The translations under genes were made by a program, and so were the position numbers. Below are positions 40,429 through 50,912 of a DNA stretch of 64,000 nt, piece after piece (the first letter of the stretch is position 1; each line of letters starts with the position of its first letter). The stretch lies in IMG/VR virus record IMGVR_UViG_3300045988_109391, one strand, 5' to 3'. The notes under the pieces are model-generated. The model was not told the origin of the DNA. It saw only the letters and a list, made by a program, of their open reading frames with translations, and made no database searches. This DNA is from a virus.

Positions 40429-40746
40429 ATGAGCATGCTTTTAAGATTATTATCAAGATTATTTAATAAGTCGTACACTATGTATTCGATAGATAAAGAT
40501 ACTAAGAAAGTAAAGTTAGTAGCAGATGGAAGTTCTTTAGACTTAATAAACGCTCTTCCAGTGATACCAGTAAATTTACTTTCTGGGCTTGAAGTAGTAA
40601 AAAATTTAAACTATATAAAGAAAAAAGAATTAGCTTCTAGAATAATTGCAGAAGCTATTAATAATTTTATAAATCATAATGTTCATGTTGATTTAGAGTC
40701 AATTCAAGAACAATTAGATAATATAAAGAAAGAGGAGGAAAAATAA
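40429..40746 (+). CDS. hypothetical protein
   Basis: 105-aa ORF. Confidence 0.55.
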   Translation: MSMLLRLLSRLFNKSYTMYSIDKDTKKVKLVADGSSLDLINALPVIPVNLLSGLEVVKNLNYIKKKELASRIIAEAINNFINHNVHVDLESIQEQLDNIKKEEEK

Positions 40747-40749
40747 AAT

Positions 40750-41253
40750 ATGAAAGAATTATCAGAAGAAAATGGAAAAATAATAATTAAACCATCTAAG
40801 AAAGCAGATACTAGAAGTGCTTTTGGATTAGTAACTAAAGAGGAGTTGCTTAAAGACACTGAGTCTCATATTAGCGATGTACAAAGGGTAAGTAAACTTA
40901 TTGCAGATTTATTAGTAAAACAATGCTCACAGCATGACCATACTAAGATAGAATATTTAGATGATTTTTATAAAGATTTTTCTTCAGGAAAAACTGGAGC
41001 AATGTTTAAAGATATGGGCTGGTTTAAAAAGCATCTTACAGAAAGACATCATTTAAATGATAGATGTCCAGAAGATGTAGATTTAATAGATGTTTTAGAG
41101 ATGGTAATAGACTGTACTGTAGCTGGTTTAGCTAGAACAGGAGAAGTATTTCCAATTACTATATCTCCAGAAATTTTACAAAAAGCAGTTGATAATACAA
41201 GTAAATTAATTATAGACAGTGTAGAAGTAGAAGACGAAGATAAAACTATTTAA
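40750..41253 (+). CDS. hypothetical protein (His-rich motifs)
   Basis: 167-aa ORF. Confidence 0.6.
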   Translation: MKELSEENGKIIIKPSKKADTRSAFGLVTKEELLKDTESHISDVQRVSKLIADLLVKQCSQHDHTKIEYLDDFYKDFSSGKTGAMFKDMGWFKKHLTERHHLNDRCPEDVDLIDVLEMVIDCTVAGLARTGEVFPITISPEILQKAVDNTSKLIIDSVEVEDEDKTI

Positions 41254-41265
41254 AGAGGTGATTTT

Positions 41266-41448
41266 ATGCCTGAATATAAAAATATTAAAGATACATTAGA
41301 TAAATTAAATTTTGAACTTAGAATTAGGCAAGATGCCAAAATATTAAATTGCAACGAAGATATACTAGAAAGTATAATATATAATTATTTACAAGATTTT
41401 TATTTCTTAACTATAGACGATATTAATGGAGGTACCAAAAATGAATGA
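41266..41448 (+). CDS. hypothetical protein
   Basis: 60-aa ORF. Confidence 0.45.
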   Translation: MPEYKNIKDTLDKLNFELRIRQDAKILNCNEDILESIIYNYLQDFYFLTIDDINGGTKNE

Positions 41449-42409
41449 TATTCCGGGAAAATACACTAAAATAGTGGAAAGATATAAAGAAAACGGACGA
41501 GTTCCTGTAATTATAGATTTATCAAATATTGCTTATCGTAGCTCTTTTGTATTTACTCCAGATAAATTTGTAACTTCTCAGGGAGTATATAATGGTCATC
41601 TATTCGGAATATGTCAAAACATTAAGACATTACTTAAATTAAACTATGAAGTGTACTTATGTAGAGATTTACGTTCAACTTTTAGACAGTACTTAGTAGA
41701 AAGTTATAAATCAAATAGAGAACATGCAGATGGTTCAGTTAGCATTCATGACATTTTGAATAAAACTATTAATCCATTAATTTCTACTCTAAAAAATGTT
41801 CATACTATTTCTTCTACTGGTTACGAAGCAGACGATGTAATGTTTTCATTGTCTAAGATATGTGATAGAAATGAAACACCTTGCTATATACTATCTACTG
41901 ATAAAGATTTATGCCAAGCATTATCTGAGTATACAACTATAGCTCATAAGTTTATTGCTGCTGGACCTCAAGAAATAGTAACTTCATCTAGTGAATACTA
42001 CGAAAAAAACTTTGGAGATACTCCACCAAAGTTTTTACCTTTATACAGAGCTTTTAAAGGAGATGCTTCTGATAACTTAGAAGCTCCTATAAAAAGATTT
42101 CCGAAAGATTTAATTCAAGAATTTATAGAAGAATGTAAAATTAATTTTCCTGATGGAAATATAAATTTGGCAGAAATGATATTAAAGCATAATATAACTA
42201 AGAAGTCTCATGAAAAGTGGCTAAGTGAATTAAAGGACAAAAACACATTTACTAAACTATTTAATAATTTTAAAGTTATGAGACTAATTGAAATTCCAGT
42301 CTATGAAGAAGATGAAGCATTAGTAGATAATGCATTTAATATAATAACAGAAAAATACGAATTATGGTCTTTTAGAAAATTCGTAAGAGAATACAATGGA
42401 GGTATATAA
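41441..42409 (+). CDS. 5'-3' exonuclease / flap endonuclease (T4 RNase H-like)
   Basis: GGAGG RBS before ATG 41441; VIIDLSNIAYRS, GYEADDVM, STDKDLCQ and GDASDNL are PIN-like 5' nuclease motifs. Confidence 0.7.
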   Translation: MNDIPGKYTKIVERYKENGRVPVIIDLSNIAYRSSFVFTPDKFVTSQGVYNGHLFGICQNIKTLLKLNYEVYLCRDLRSTFRQYLVESYKSNREHADGSVSIHDILNKTINPLISTLKNVHTISSTGYEADDVMFSLSKICDRNETPCYILSTDKDLCQALSEYTTIAHKFIAAGPQEIVTSSSEYYEKNFGDTPPKFLPLYRAFKGDASDNLEAPIKRFPKDLIQEFIEECKINFPDGNINLAEMILKHNITKKSHEKWLSELKDKNTFTKLFNNFKVMRLIEIPVYEEDEALVDNAFNIITEKYELWSFRKFVREYNGGI

Positions 42410-42410
42410 A

Positions 42411-42716
42411 ATGAATGATGAAATGATTAACGAGAATGACTCTAGAGATAAAGAAGAAGAAAAAATATATAACTATATAGGTGTAATTTTTGAAAATAAG
42501 AATGTACCTTTCGATGCTCCAGAAGATATAGCTAAACAGTTTTACAGAAAATCTACAGTTTATACATATAAAACTGAAAACTATTATAAAAAAGGTCAAA
42601 TAATTAATATTAATAGTTTGTCTGGAACTTGTAGAGTCTTAGTAGTAAACCCAGCTTTGATGGAATCTGAAATAAAGTTTCCAGTAGATAAAATAAAATT
42701 ACTTGAGGAGGCTTAA
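42411..42716 (+). CDS. hypothetical protein
   Basis: GGAGG RBS before ATG 42411; contains one copy of the 16-nt AGAATGACTCTAGAGA motif. Confidence 0.55.
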   Translation: MNDEMINENDSRDKEEEKIYNYIGVIFENKNVPFDAPEDIAKQFYRKSTVYTYKTENYYKKGQIININSLSGTCRVLVVNPALMESEIKFPVDKIKLLEEA

Positions 42717-42717
42717 T

Positions 42718-43656
42718 ATGTCAAAGATTTATTTTGTGGGAGATACTCATATAATGTCAACATCACCTTCGTCAAGGAATGAAACTGCTGAAGAATATAG
42801 ACAATTACAATATGATAAATTAAAGCAAGTGTATGATATGGCAACAGATGAAGATTTAGTTATAATAACAGGAGATGTTTTTAATTCATCAGCTTTATCT
42901 ATGATGAGTGGTACTCCAAAATTTTATAATGATATAATAGACTTGATGAATAGCAAGTCAACTTATACAATTATTGGAAATCATGATTTGTATTTTAGAA
43001 ATGAAACAGTAGAAAATACAACTATATTAGATAATTTATTTAAGACAGGAGTAAGACATTTAGAGCATTTAAAATTTAAAGACATAAATTTAGTAGGAAT
43101 AGATTATGGGCATGATTTTCCAATTTTTGAAAATTCTAGTACATACAATATAGTTGTAGCTCATTCTTTTTTTGAAGATAGTTTTTATGGCTCTACTGGA
43201 AACCATAATCTAACTATAGACGGGTTAAAAGTTATGAAAAATGTAAATGCAGTAGTATTAGGACATGACCATAATACATACAAAATATTAGATATTGATG
43301 GAGTTAAAATAGTTAGACCGGGTAGCTTAATGAGAGGAACTTCACATACTTGTAATATAAATAGAATACCTCAAGTAGCAGTATTTGATACTGAGACAAA
43401 AGAATGGAAATATGTTCCAATTACTAATGTTCCAGGAGAAGAAGTATTTAAGAAAAAAGTTCTTTTAGAAAAAGATTTAGATATTAATATGAATGACATT
43501 ATAAGTAATTTAAGTAGCTATGATAAATCTTCTAACATATTTAAAATTTTACATGAGAATGAAGTTGCAGGTAGAGAAGCTTATGGTGAAAGATATGAAG
43601 CTGTATTAGACATAATAAAACAGTACTTAAATTCTTTTGGAGTAGTTGGGAGGTAA
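42718..43656 (+). CDS. Mre11/SbcD-like metallophosphoesterase nuclease
   Basis: GAGGAGG RBS; YFVGDTH, ITGDVFN, IGNHD and GHDHN motifs. Confidence 0.7.
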   Translation: MSKIYFVGDTHIMSTSPSSRNETAEEYRQLQYDKLKQVYDMATDEDLVIITGDVFNSSALSMMSGTPKFYNDIIDLMNSKSTYTIIGNHDLYFRNETVENTTILDNLFKTGVRHLEHLKFKDINLVGIDYGHDFPIFENSSTYNIVVAHSFFEDSFYGSTGNHNLTIDGLKVMKNVNAVVLGHDHNTYKILDIDGVKIVRPGSLMRGTSHTCNINRIPQVAVFDTETKEWKYVPITNVPGEEVFKKKVLLEKDLDINMNDIISNLSSYDKSSNIFKILHENEVAGREAYGERYEAVLDIIKQYLNSFGVVGR

Positions 43657-43662
43657 AATACA

Positions 43663-43980
43663 ATGAATATTAGAGAATTTAGAGATTATATTAAGTCTAC
43701 TAAACAGAATGATTTTTATACTTTAGATTACTGTGGCTTAAAATTTAAACTATTTGAAGATGATAAAGTAATAGTTAGTTATAAAGAAAGAACCACTAAA
43801 TATGATTTAATTTTCTTTTTAAGTAATGCTAGTAAGTATGATAACTTATTCATTACAAAATATCATATTGATATGAAAAAGCTTCAAGACCAAGCTTTAT
43901 TATTTATTAATTTAGATGATAAATTAGACTGTGAAGATAATTCTGAAGGTAAAGTTAGTTTTTCAATGAAGATTATATAA
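43663..43980 (+). CDS. hypothetical protein
   Basis: 105-aa ORF. Confidence 0.55.
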   Translation: MNIREFRDYIKSTKQNDFYTLDYCGLKFKLFEDDKVIVSYKERTTKYDLIFFLSNASKYDNLFITKYHIDMKKLQDQALLFINLDDKLDCEDNSEGKVSFSMKII

Positions 43981-43993
43981 ATAGGAGGTTATT

Positions 43994-45169
43994 ATGAGTT
44001 TAAAAGCATTAGGAATGTTTATTTTTGGTGGCTCAATGTCTATTGGAGTTATGAAAGCTGGTTTTGAAATAGATAGAGTATTAGAAATTTCTGATGAAAT
44101 GCCAGAGCAAAATGCTAAACATTTTATTCATAACTATTCTAGCATTCCAGTAGTTATTCCATCAAAGTGGGATAGCCAAGAATATATTAATTCATTAAGA
44201 GAAGAAAACTATGACTTAATGTATGGAAATCCTCCTTGCAGTGGTTTATCTACTATAAATAGAAATGCTTCTGCAGATAATAAAACAAATAAATATATGT
44301 ATAAATATTTTGAGACTGTAAATTCTATAAGACCGAAAGTATTTTTAATGGAAAATGCTCCTACCTTAGTTAGTAGAGGAAAAGAAATACTTAATTTTTT
44401 AGTATCTTCTTTAGGAGCATTCTATAATATAGTTATTCTAAGAGACTACGCTGGAAATCATGGAGTTCCAATGAGGCGACAACGAACTTTAGTAGTAGGC
44501 TTTAGAAAAGATATTTTTAATCGCTTAGTAGCAGATATAAAATCAGAGCATAATATTAAATGGGCTTATGATGCAATTACTGAGAATATTATCTCTAACT
44601 GTAAATATAATATGGAATTAGTTCCAGAAAGAAGCTGTAAAGAATTAGAACATTTATATAACATAATAGTTCCAGGAGAGTCTATAATCTATACTTTAAC
44701 TAAGTATACAACTGAGCAAATGAAAAGTATGAATGTTCCAGAAAATTATATTAAAGCAGTTGACAAATTAAAATACAAAATATTTAACAATTTACGAGCT
44801 TATGAAAAATCTCCTTGCAAAATTAAAACTCAAGAGTGGGCTCCAAGCTTAGCTTCACCAGTAGAGTTAATACACCCTGATGAAAACAGACCATTCTATA
44901 TAAGAGAATACGCAAGATTGATGGGTTACCCAGATGATTTTGAATTTGTAAGTGATGCTAAAGTACCATATGTTCAAGCTATAGCTCAAGGAGTTCCAGT
45001 TGGTTTTGTTTATTGGATAGCTAACTATATCAAAGATGCTTTATTAGGAATTAACTTAATAGAACTTCAGTCTGATTGTAGCATAATATATAAAAATTTA
45101 TGCAATGAAAATAATATTATAGAAAAACAATTTGATACAAAAGATTTTATATTTAATTCTAGATTATAA
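43994..45169 (+). CDS. DNA (cytosine-5)-methyltransferase family protein
   Basis: FIFGGSMSIG (motif I-like), GNPPCSGLS (PC motif IV), ENAPTL (motif VI), RRQRTLVVGF (motif VIII). Confidence 0.7.
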   Translation: MSLKALGMFIFGGSMSIGVMKAGFEIDRVLEISDEMPEQNAKHFIHNYSSIPVVIPSKWDSQEYINSLREENYDLMYGNPPCSGLSTINRNASADNKTNKYMYKYFETVNSIRPKVFLMENAPTLVSRGKEILNFLVSSLGAFYNIVILRDYAGNHGVPMRRQRTLVVGFRKDIFNRLVADIKSEHNIKWAYDAITENIISNCKYNMELVPERSCKELEHLYNIIVPGESIIYTLTKYTTEQMKSMNVPENYIKAVDKLKYKIFNNLRAYEKSPCKIKTQEWAPSLASPVELIHPDENRPFYIREYARLMGYPDDFEFVSDAKVPYVQAIAQGVPVGFVYWIANYIKDALLGINLIELQSDCSIIYKNLCNENNIIEKQFDTKDFIFNSRL

Positions 45170-45217
45170 ATGCGAGAGCATATTATAATATATAAAAATT
45201 TATAGGAGGAATTTGTT

Positions 45218-45502
45218 ATGGAAAAAATGACAAAAGGTGAATTTATTTCTGCAGTAGCAGAGAAAGCAGAGGTATCTAAAAAAGAAGTATCTGCAGTTTA
45301 TGAAGCTATAGTTGATGTAGTAACAGAACAATTAATTGATGGAAACAAAATAGCTTTAGTAGGATTTGGAAACTTTGAAACAAGAGACAGAGCAGCTACT
45401 ACTGGAGTAAATCCATCAACGGGAGAAAAAATAAATATTCCTGCAAAAAGAGTACCAAAATTTTCTTTCAGTTCAACAATAAAAGCAAAAGTAGATGCTT
45501 AA
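45218..45502 (+). CDS. HU/IHF-family histone-like DNA-binding protein
   Basis: MTKGEFISAVAEKAEVSKKEV...VGFGNFETRDRAATTGVNPSTGEKINIPAKRVPKF. Confidence 0.85.
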   Translation: MEKMTKGEFISAVAEKAEVSKKEVSAVYEAIVDVVTEQLIDGNKIALVGFGNFETRDRAATTGVNPSTGEKINIPAKRVPKFSFSSTIKAKVDA

Positions 45503-45584
45503 GAGTAAGAGTTGATTAAAGATAACATAGTAGTATTATATAAAGTAATACTACTTTTGTTATATTAGAAAGAAGGTGTAAAAA

Positions 45585-46700
45585 ATGAATGAAGATGAGA
45601 CACTAGACTATCTTAATGTAGATTACCCATCTATAGTAGTTTGTAAAGATGATTTAATTAAAACTTTAACTTTAGTATCTAAAATTAGTCAACCTAATTC
45701 ATCTTCTATAGAGTGTAATTCATTAGCGTTCGTTCCAAAATGGGAGTCTAACACAGTAGAATTAATGATTACGAATGATTTAACATATTTTAAAATTTCA
45801 GTAGAATTATTAGGAGACAAAACTAAAGCTCTTAGAGATATATTTTCAATTAGGGTAGATTTTTTGAATAAGATAAAACCGTTTTTAAAAAATAAAGTGT
45901 TATTTTATAAAAAAGGAGAAAATTTATACGTAAGACTCATTGATGGAGATTTGTTAGTTAATTATTTAATTCCTAATTATTCTAAGCTAACTTTTACTTC
46001 ATCAATTAATAGCTTTATATATGAAGCTAGAGTAGACTCATTCTGCAGCTTATTATCAACTTATAAGTCACTACAGAACGACTTTGCAGATAAGTGGTTA
46101 ACTTTTGATGGAGAAAAAGCATGTTTTTGCGGAAGTACTTATTATGTAGAGTCTAAGATAAAAACTCCAAAGATGTGCTTATTATTTGCTGATGTTGATT
46201 TATTGATAAAACTAGCTCAGTTTTATTCTGAAAGTACTTTAGAATTTTATTCTACAGACTCTATTATTCCAAAGCTTCATATTAAGGTAGATGATTTAGA
46301 AATAGAAATTTTAAATGTTCTATCAAGCATGCAAACTTCAGTTATTAATTCTTTACATGATAAAATATCTAGTTCATCATACTCTGTTCCTACCGCTGCA
46401 TTAAATAGAATTTTTAGCTTAGGAAATTCTGTTCCTGACATGGAAAGTGATTATATAATGACTTATAAAGATGATAAATTATTAGTTATATTAAAAAGCT
46501 CTAAGGGTTCATCTGAGTTTAATCTCGTTACAACTGAGTTAGATAAAAATCAATCTGATGTTGATACAGTTGAAGCAAGTTTAAGCGTAGTAGGAAAAAT
46601 ATTAAATTGTATAAATTCATCTCAGACAGAAATAGCATTAAATAAAATATATACAACGTTTGTTGGAGACAATTTAAAAGCAATTGTAATAAATAAGTAG
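45585..46700 (+). CDS. possible sliding clamp (beta-clamp-sized)
   Basis: 371 aa, three-part repetitive hydrophobic pattern, near the clamp-loader gene; no decisive motif. Confidence 0.35.
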   Translation: MNEDETLDYLNVDYPSIVVCKDDLIKTLTLVSKISQPNSSSIECNSLAFVPKWESNTVELMITNDLTYFKISVELLGDKTKALRDIFSIRVDFLNKIKPFLKNKVLFYKKGENLYVRLIDGDLLVNYLIPNYSKLTFTSSINSFIYEARVDSFCSLLSTYKSLQNDFADKWLTFDGEKACFCGSTYYVESKIKTPKMCLLFADVDLLIKLAQFYSESTLEFYSTDSIIPKLHIKVDDLEIEILNVLSSMQTSVINSLHDKISSSSYSVPTAALNRIFSLGNSVPDMESDYIMTYKDDKLLVILKSSKGSSEFNLVTTELDKNQSDVDTVEASLSVVGKILNCINSSQTEIALNKIYTTFVGDNLKAIVINK

Positions 46701-46708
46701 GTGTTTAT

Positions 46709-47869
46709 ATGATAAGAACAAAATATTTAGAATTTTTAAGAGATTTTAGAAGTTGTTCTGGTTTGAAATTAATATTAAAATGTAATCAAAATGTATACGA
46801 CAAAGAATGGTTAGAGGGAAATTTAGTTACTCTTAAAGTTAATTTAAAACTAAGCAAAATAATAGATAAAAATAATTACGGACAAAATTATGTTCAATTA
46901 GAAGTGATAGACGCAACCAATCAAATGTATTCTATTAGAGTTTATTTAACTGATGAAGAACTTAGCTGGTTATCAGAAAATCCATACATTTATACTGTAG
47001 TTTCAGTCTATGGTTATGGAGCATACGCTGGAAAATTTTTATCTTGTCCTATCGGGGTATCTGTGTATAAAAATGTTACTCCCGATAAATTAAGCGTTAT
47101 TCCAAAAGTAAATTCTACTAGTTTAGAAGTTCTTAAAGATTGCTATAATAATGCTTATGCAGTAAACCCTGGAATTTCTGAGTATGATACTTCTAAAAAA
47201 GAGTCCCGACTTGGGTTTATTATAGTTAATGATGAATATATTGATGAATATTTTTACGATACTTATTGTCCTAGCTTAAAGCCAAAATCAAATTTTTCTA
47301 GCTGGATGGAAGAACATATCGCTAAATTAGATGTTTTTGATTATAATAGTGAAAATAAGTCTATAGACGAAGAATTAGATACTGACATAAAAGACGGCTA
47401 TAAAAAAGAAAAGAGAGAGTATGACCCTCAAAAAAATTCTTCAAAAGTTTATGCTGGATTAAAAGACGAGACCGGGAATTTTATAGGAATAAAAGAAACT
47501 AATCTTTTATTGATGAAAAATAAAAATAGTTTTAGCGGAATGGATGCAACAGAGGTAAGAATAAAAGAGTATGAAAGACTTCTTGATATAGCAAAAACAA
47601 AATATAGAGCAGCTTCAATAGTTCTAATGGAAAAACACTGGGTTAGAACTTTAATTCCTGAGCAAAAAAGCATAATAGATTTAGATGGAATAAAAAGAAA
47701 TGCCTTACACCAAAATATTGATTATAAAACTCATAGAAGAACAGACAATTTAATGTATTCTCAAAATGGAAATGTTATAGTAAAAGATAGAGATAATAGT
47801 ATAAAAATATATGAGTCTGAAAGAACATATTATAATATTTTAAAAGATAATGAATATGGAGATAGATAA
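46709..47869 (+). CDS. hypothetical replication-module protein
   Basis: 386-aa ORF. Confidence 0.65.
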   Translation: MIRTKYLEFLRDFRSCSGLKLILKCNQNVYDKEWLEGNLVTLKVNLKLSKIIDKNNYGQNYVQLEVIDATNQMYSIRVYLTDEELSWLSENPYIYTVVSVYGYGAYAGKFLSCPIGVSVYKNVTPDKLSVIPKVNSTSLEVLKDCYNNAYAVNPGISEYDTSKKESRLGFIIVNDEYIDEYFYDTYCPSLKPKSNFSSWMEEHIAKLDVFDYNSENKSIDEELDTDIKDGYKKEKREYDPQKNSSKVYAGLKDETGNFIGIKETNLLLMKNKNSFSGMDATEVRIKEYERLLDIAKTKYRAASIVLMEKHWVRTLIPEQKSIIDLDGIKRNALHQNIDYKTHRRTDNLMYSQNGNVIVKDRDNSIKIYESERTYYNILKDNEYGDR

Positions 47870-48559
47870 ATGATAAGTTGTAGTAAAATGAAAAAAATAT
47901 TTGAACTAGGAAGAGTCATAGAAAATGACTCTTTAAACGCATATTTACATACGGCATATAAACTTAAGCTAAACAACTATAGATTAATATCTGATGGAGA
48001 ACTTTCTATTCGAGGTGCTGGTTTAGATGTTCCAGATTTTATGAAAGAGTTTTTAAGATTTCATGGAGAAGCTTTGATGATAGCTAATATTATTAATAGT
48101 AAAATTATATCTATTACTCTTAGAAGCATGGGTCCTAAAAAAGAATTTAGTAAAATTGGGATTAGTAAAAATATGCTTTATGGCTTAGGCCAAATGAGTG
48201 AAGGCTTTAAGTTTGGTCAACCAATCTTATTAGTAGAAGGGCATTTAGATAGAGATGTTATTTCAGAGTTATACCCTAATTCACTCGCTTTAACTACAAA
48301 TATGATTAATAAATCTCAAGCTGAAATACTAAAAAGACTTACTAACAAATTTATTTTAATGCTAGATAATGATGAAGCAGGACGAAAAGGTACACAAAAT
48401 GCATATAATATATTAAAAGGATGTAAAATAAAATCTATTCATCATGAAAACGGAATGAAAGATTGTGGAGACTTAGTAAAATTAGAACTCTCAAATATAA
48501 ATGAATATGAATGGGTTAAACAAATGTATAAATCTAAAATAGAAATGGAGTTATATTAA
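47870..48559 (+). CDS. Toprim-domain protein (DnaG-like primase core without zinc finger)
   Basis: ILLVEGHLDRDV and LMLDNDEAGRKGT Toprim motifs. Confidence 0.55.
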   Translation: MISCSKMKKIFELGRVIENDSLNAYLHTAYKLKLNNYRLISDGELSIRGAGLDVPDFMKEFLRFHGEALMIANIINSKIISITLRSMGPKKEFSKIGISKNMLYGLGQMSEGFKFGQPILLVEGHLDRDVISELYPNSLALTTNMINKSQAEILKRLTNKFILMLDNDEAGRKGTQNAYNILKGCKIKSIHHENGMKDCGDLVKLELSNINEYEWVKQMYKSKIEMELY

Positions 48560-48604
48560 ATGCAATTCGTAGTTAAAATAAAGATAGTATAAAGGAGATA
48601 AGTT

Positions 48605-48727
48605 AATGATATCTAGAAAAGATTTAAGAGAAGGACAGCTATATTTATTTCTTAATGGTAGAGATTACGTAGCTGCAGAATTTACTGGAAAATATGATGA
48701 ACAAGGTAGAGCTATTATGAAATATAA
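48605..48727 (+). CDS. small hypothetical protein (40 aa)
   Basis: AAGGAG RBS then ATG 48605; below the track size cutoff. Confidence 0.3.
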
Positions 48728-48763
48728 AAATGAAATATTTTATGTTAACGTGGGAGACTAGAA

Positions 48764-49795
48764 ATGATTTGTAGTGATTTTAGACCAAAAACATTTAGAG
48801 AAGTTAGTGGACAAAAACTTCCAAAGTCAATATTAAAAGCCATAAGTTTAAATCCTAAGACTAGTCCTAGAGTTTTAATTTTAGATGGAGAATATGGTAC
48901 TGGTAAGACTTCTTGTGCTAGAATTTTTGCAAGAGCATTAAATTGTAAATATAAAACTAAAGATGGAGATGCCTGCGGAATATGTGATGATTGCAAGCAA
49001 GATATTTCTAAATCAATGTTTTACACTGAGTATGACTCTGCTGTAATAGGTAATATTACAGACATTAAAGAATTAAAAGAGACATTTTATTTTAATGAGT
49101 CAGTCGGTTATAAAGTAATTGTATTAGATGAAGCTCATTTAATAACTCCGCAAGCTCAATCTACTCTATTAAAACTTTTTGAAGATAATCCTTCAGGAAT
49201 ATTTTTTGTTTTATGCACTACAAATAGTTCTAAAATTCTTAACACCATAAAATCTAGAGCTTTAACTCTTAAATTTGATTTATTGTCAGAAGATGATATT
49301 AAAAAGAATTTAAAAAGTATAGCTGAAAGTTTACAAATAGATATAAATGATGATATAATTAATTTGATAACTAAGAGAAGTAAAGGTCATTTAAGAAACG
49401 CTCATATGCTTTTAGAACAATATAAAATGTTAACAAATATAGAATTTTTAGAGTTGTTTATAAATTGCGAAGATTTATATAAAAAATTTTTACTAGCAAC
49501 TGCATGCAAAAGAAAAGATATAGCTAATGTTATTATTAACAAATTAGCTAGATGTAATTTATCAGACTTAAAGTCTGAATATGAAAAACTAGTATTAGAT
49601 ATTATTAGATGTATGTTTGGAGTAGTGGTATCTGAAGATAAAGATATGAATAATATTATAAGTTCATTTAAACACAGTAGAAATAAGTTTATTGATATAT
49701 TGAATGACTATAGAAATTATAATATGTTTAACTCTGATACGAGATTTATATCACTTATGTGGTTACTTTATGAAAAAATTACTAGCATGAAATAA
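48764..49795 (+). CDS. clamp-loader ATPase (DnaX / pol III gamma-tau-like)
   Basis: LDGEYGTGKTSCARIFARALNC, zinc module CKYKTKDGDACGICDDC, VIVLDEAHLIT, TTNSSKILNTIKSRA. Confidence 0.7.
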   Translation: MICSDFRPKTFREVSGQKLPKSILKAISLNPKTSPRVLILDGEYGTGKTSCARIFARALNCKYKTKDGDACGICDDCKQDISKSMFYTEYDSAVIGNITDIKELKETFYFNESVGYKVIVLDEAHLITPQAQSTLLKLFEDNPSGIFFVLCTTNSSKILNTIKSRALTLKFDLLSEDDIKKNLKSIAESLQIDINDDIINLITKRSKGHLRNAHMLLEQYKMLTNIEFLELFINCEDLYKKFLLATACKRKDIANVIINKLARCNLSDLKSEYEKLVLDIIRCMFGVVVSEDKDMNNIISSFKHSRNKFIDILNDYRNYNMFNSDTRFISLMWLLYEKITSMK

Positions 49796-49814
49796 ATCTA
49801 GGAGGTGACCGATA

Positions 49815-50384
49815 GTGGCACTTTATTCGAGTTTAGATGGCATGATAGATAATATAGTAGAAGTAGTAAGAAAAATGTTTTTTTATTACGTATATGACAA
49901 AGATACAATTGATGATTTGAGACAAGAAGGTTATTTGATGGTATATGAGTTATTAGATAAAGGCTTATATGACCCAAGTAAAAATCTTAGAAATTATTTA
50001 TTTACTGGAGTAAGAAATGCAATGACTAATTACATGTACAAGATTAATAAGACTAAAAATGATATTCCGCATGAAACTTTAGATAGTGCTAAATGGCAAG
50101 ACTATATGCAGGTAGCAAATGATGATTTTTATGTAGGTAAAGTTTTTACATATATAAAATATCAAAGAGAAAGTGAAATTTCTTACAAAGAAATTTCAGA
50201 AATAGTAGCTAAATATACTAATTATGGTGCAAATTTGTATAAAAATTTTTTAAACAAGTATGGAAGATTATTAGCATTAGAAACTAATGAAAAATTTTTT
50301 AAAGAAGATGAGCAAGTTCCTTTAGTTTACAATGCAATTATGGGGGAATTGATATGGAAGAAAATATTAAACGAGATAGCTTAG
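49815..50384 (+). CDS. RNA polymerase sigma-factor-like protein (region-2-like; candidate late sigma)
   Basis: DDLRQEGYLMVYELLDKGLYDPSKNLRNYLFTGVRNAMTNYMYK resembles sigma-70 region 2; 189 aa, similar in size to T4 gp55. Confidence 0.45.
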   Translation: MALYSSLDGMIDNIVEVVRKMFFYYVYDKDTIDDLRQEGYLMVYELLDKGLYDPSKNLRNYLFTGVRNAMTNYMYKINKTKNDIPHETLDSAKWQDYMQVANDDFYVGKVFTYIKYQRESEISYKEISEIVAKYTNYGANLYKNFLNKYGRLLALETNEKFFKEDEQVPLVYNAIMGELIWKKILNEIA

Positions 50385-50908
50385 ATGAAGTTGAAAAATC
50401 AGAAGAGTATGAAAATTTAATGAATATTAAAAATAATTATGAGCCTGGAAGTTTAGTTTTATACAGAGATATAACTGATGAACAAATGAACATATTTTTA
50501 AATCAGTTATCAGACTCAGTAAGTTATAAAATAGATATACTTAGAAAAATTTTAGATGATGATAAACTTTTACTTATAGTATTAGATGTATTTTCTGGAG
50601 AAAGCATAAACATACCTAACAGAAAGCAGTTGTTTCAATGTTTAGATAGAACGTTTATGTATACTTATGTAAAGCATAGAGGCTTTACTGAGGAAGCTTA
50701 TATTGCAGTTGCTAAACATTTTGGAGAAAAATTAGTTTTAGCAAAACAAAAAGTTCTTAGAGTATCTAAAGTTTTAGATGGAGCAGAATATGAAAGTCTA
50801 TTTAAAGCTCAGGAAAAATTAAAAAAGAAAAGAAAGAAAATAAGAGAACAAAACAGGCTTAAACGAGAGCAGGAAGAAAATAGCATAAAAGAAAAAGAAG
50901 AGAGGTGA
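50354..50908 (+). CDS. hypothetical protein, basic C-terminus (possible transcription accessory factor)
   Basis: 184-aa ORF overlapping the sigma-like gene. Confidence 0.55.
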   Translation: MEENIKRDSLDEVEKSEEYENLMNIKNNYEPGSLVLYRDITDEQMNIFLNQLSDSVSYKIDILRKILDDDKLLLIVLDVFSGESINIPNRKQLFQCLDRTFMYTYVKHRGFTEEAYIAVAKHFGEKLVLAKQKVLRVSKVLDGAEYESLFKAQEKLKKKRKKIREQNRLKREQEENSIKEKEER

Positions 50909-50912
50909 GATA

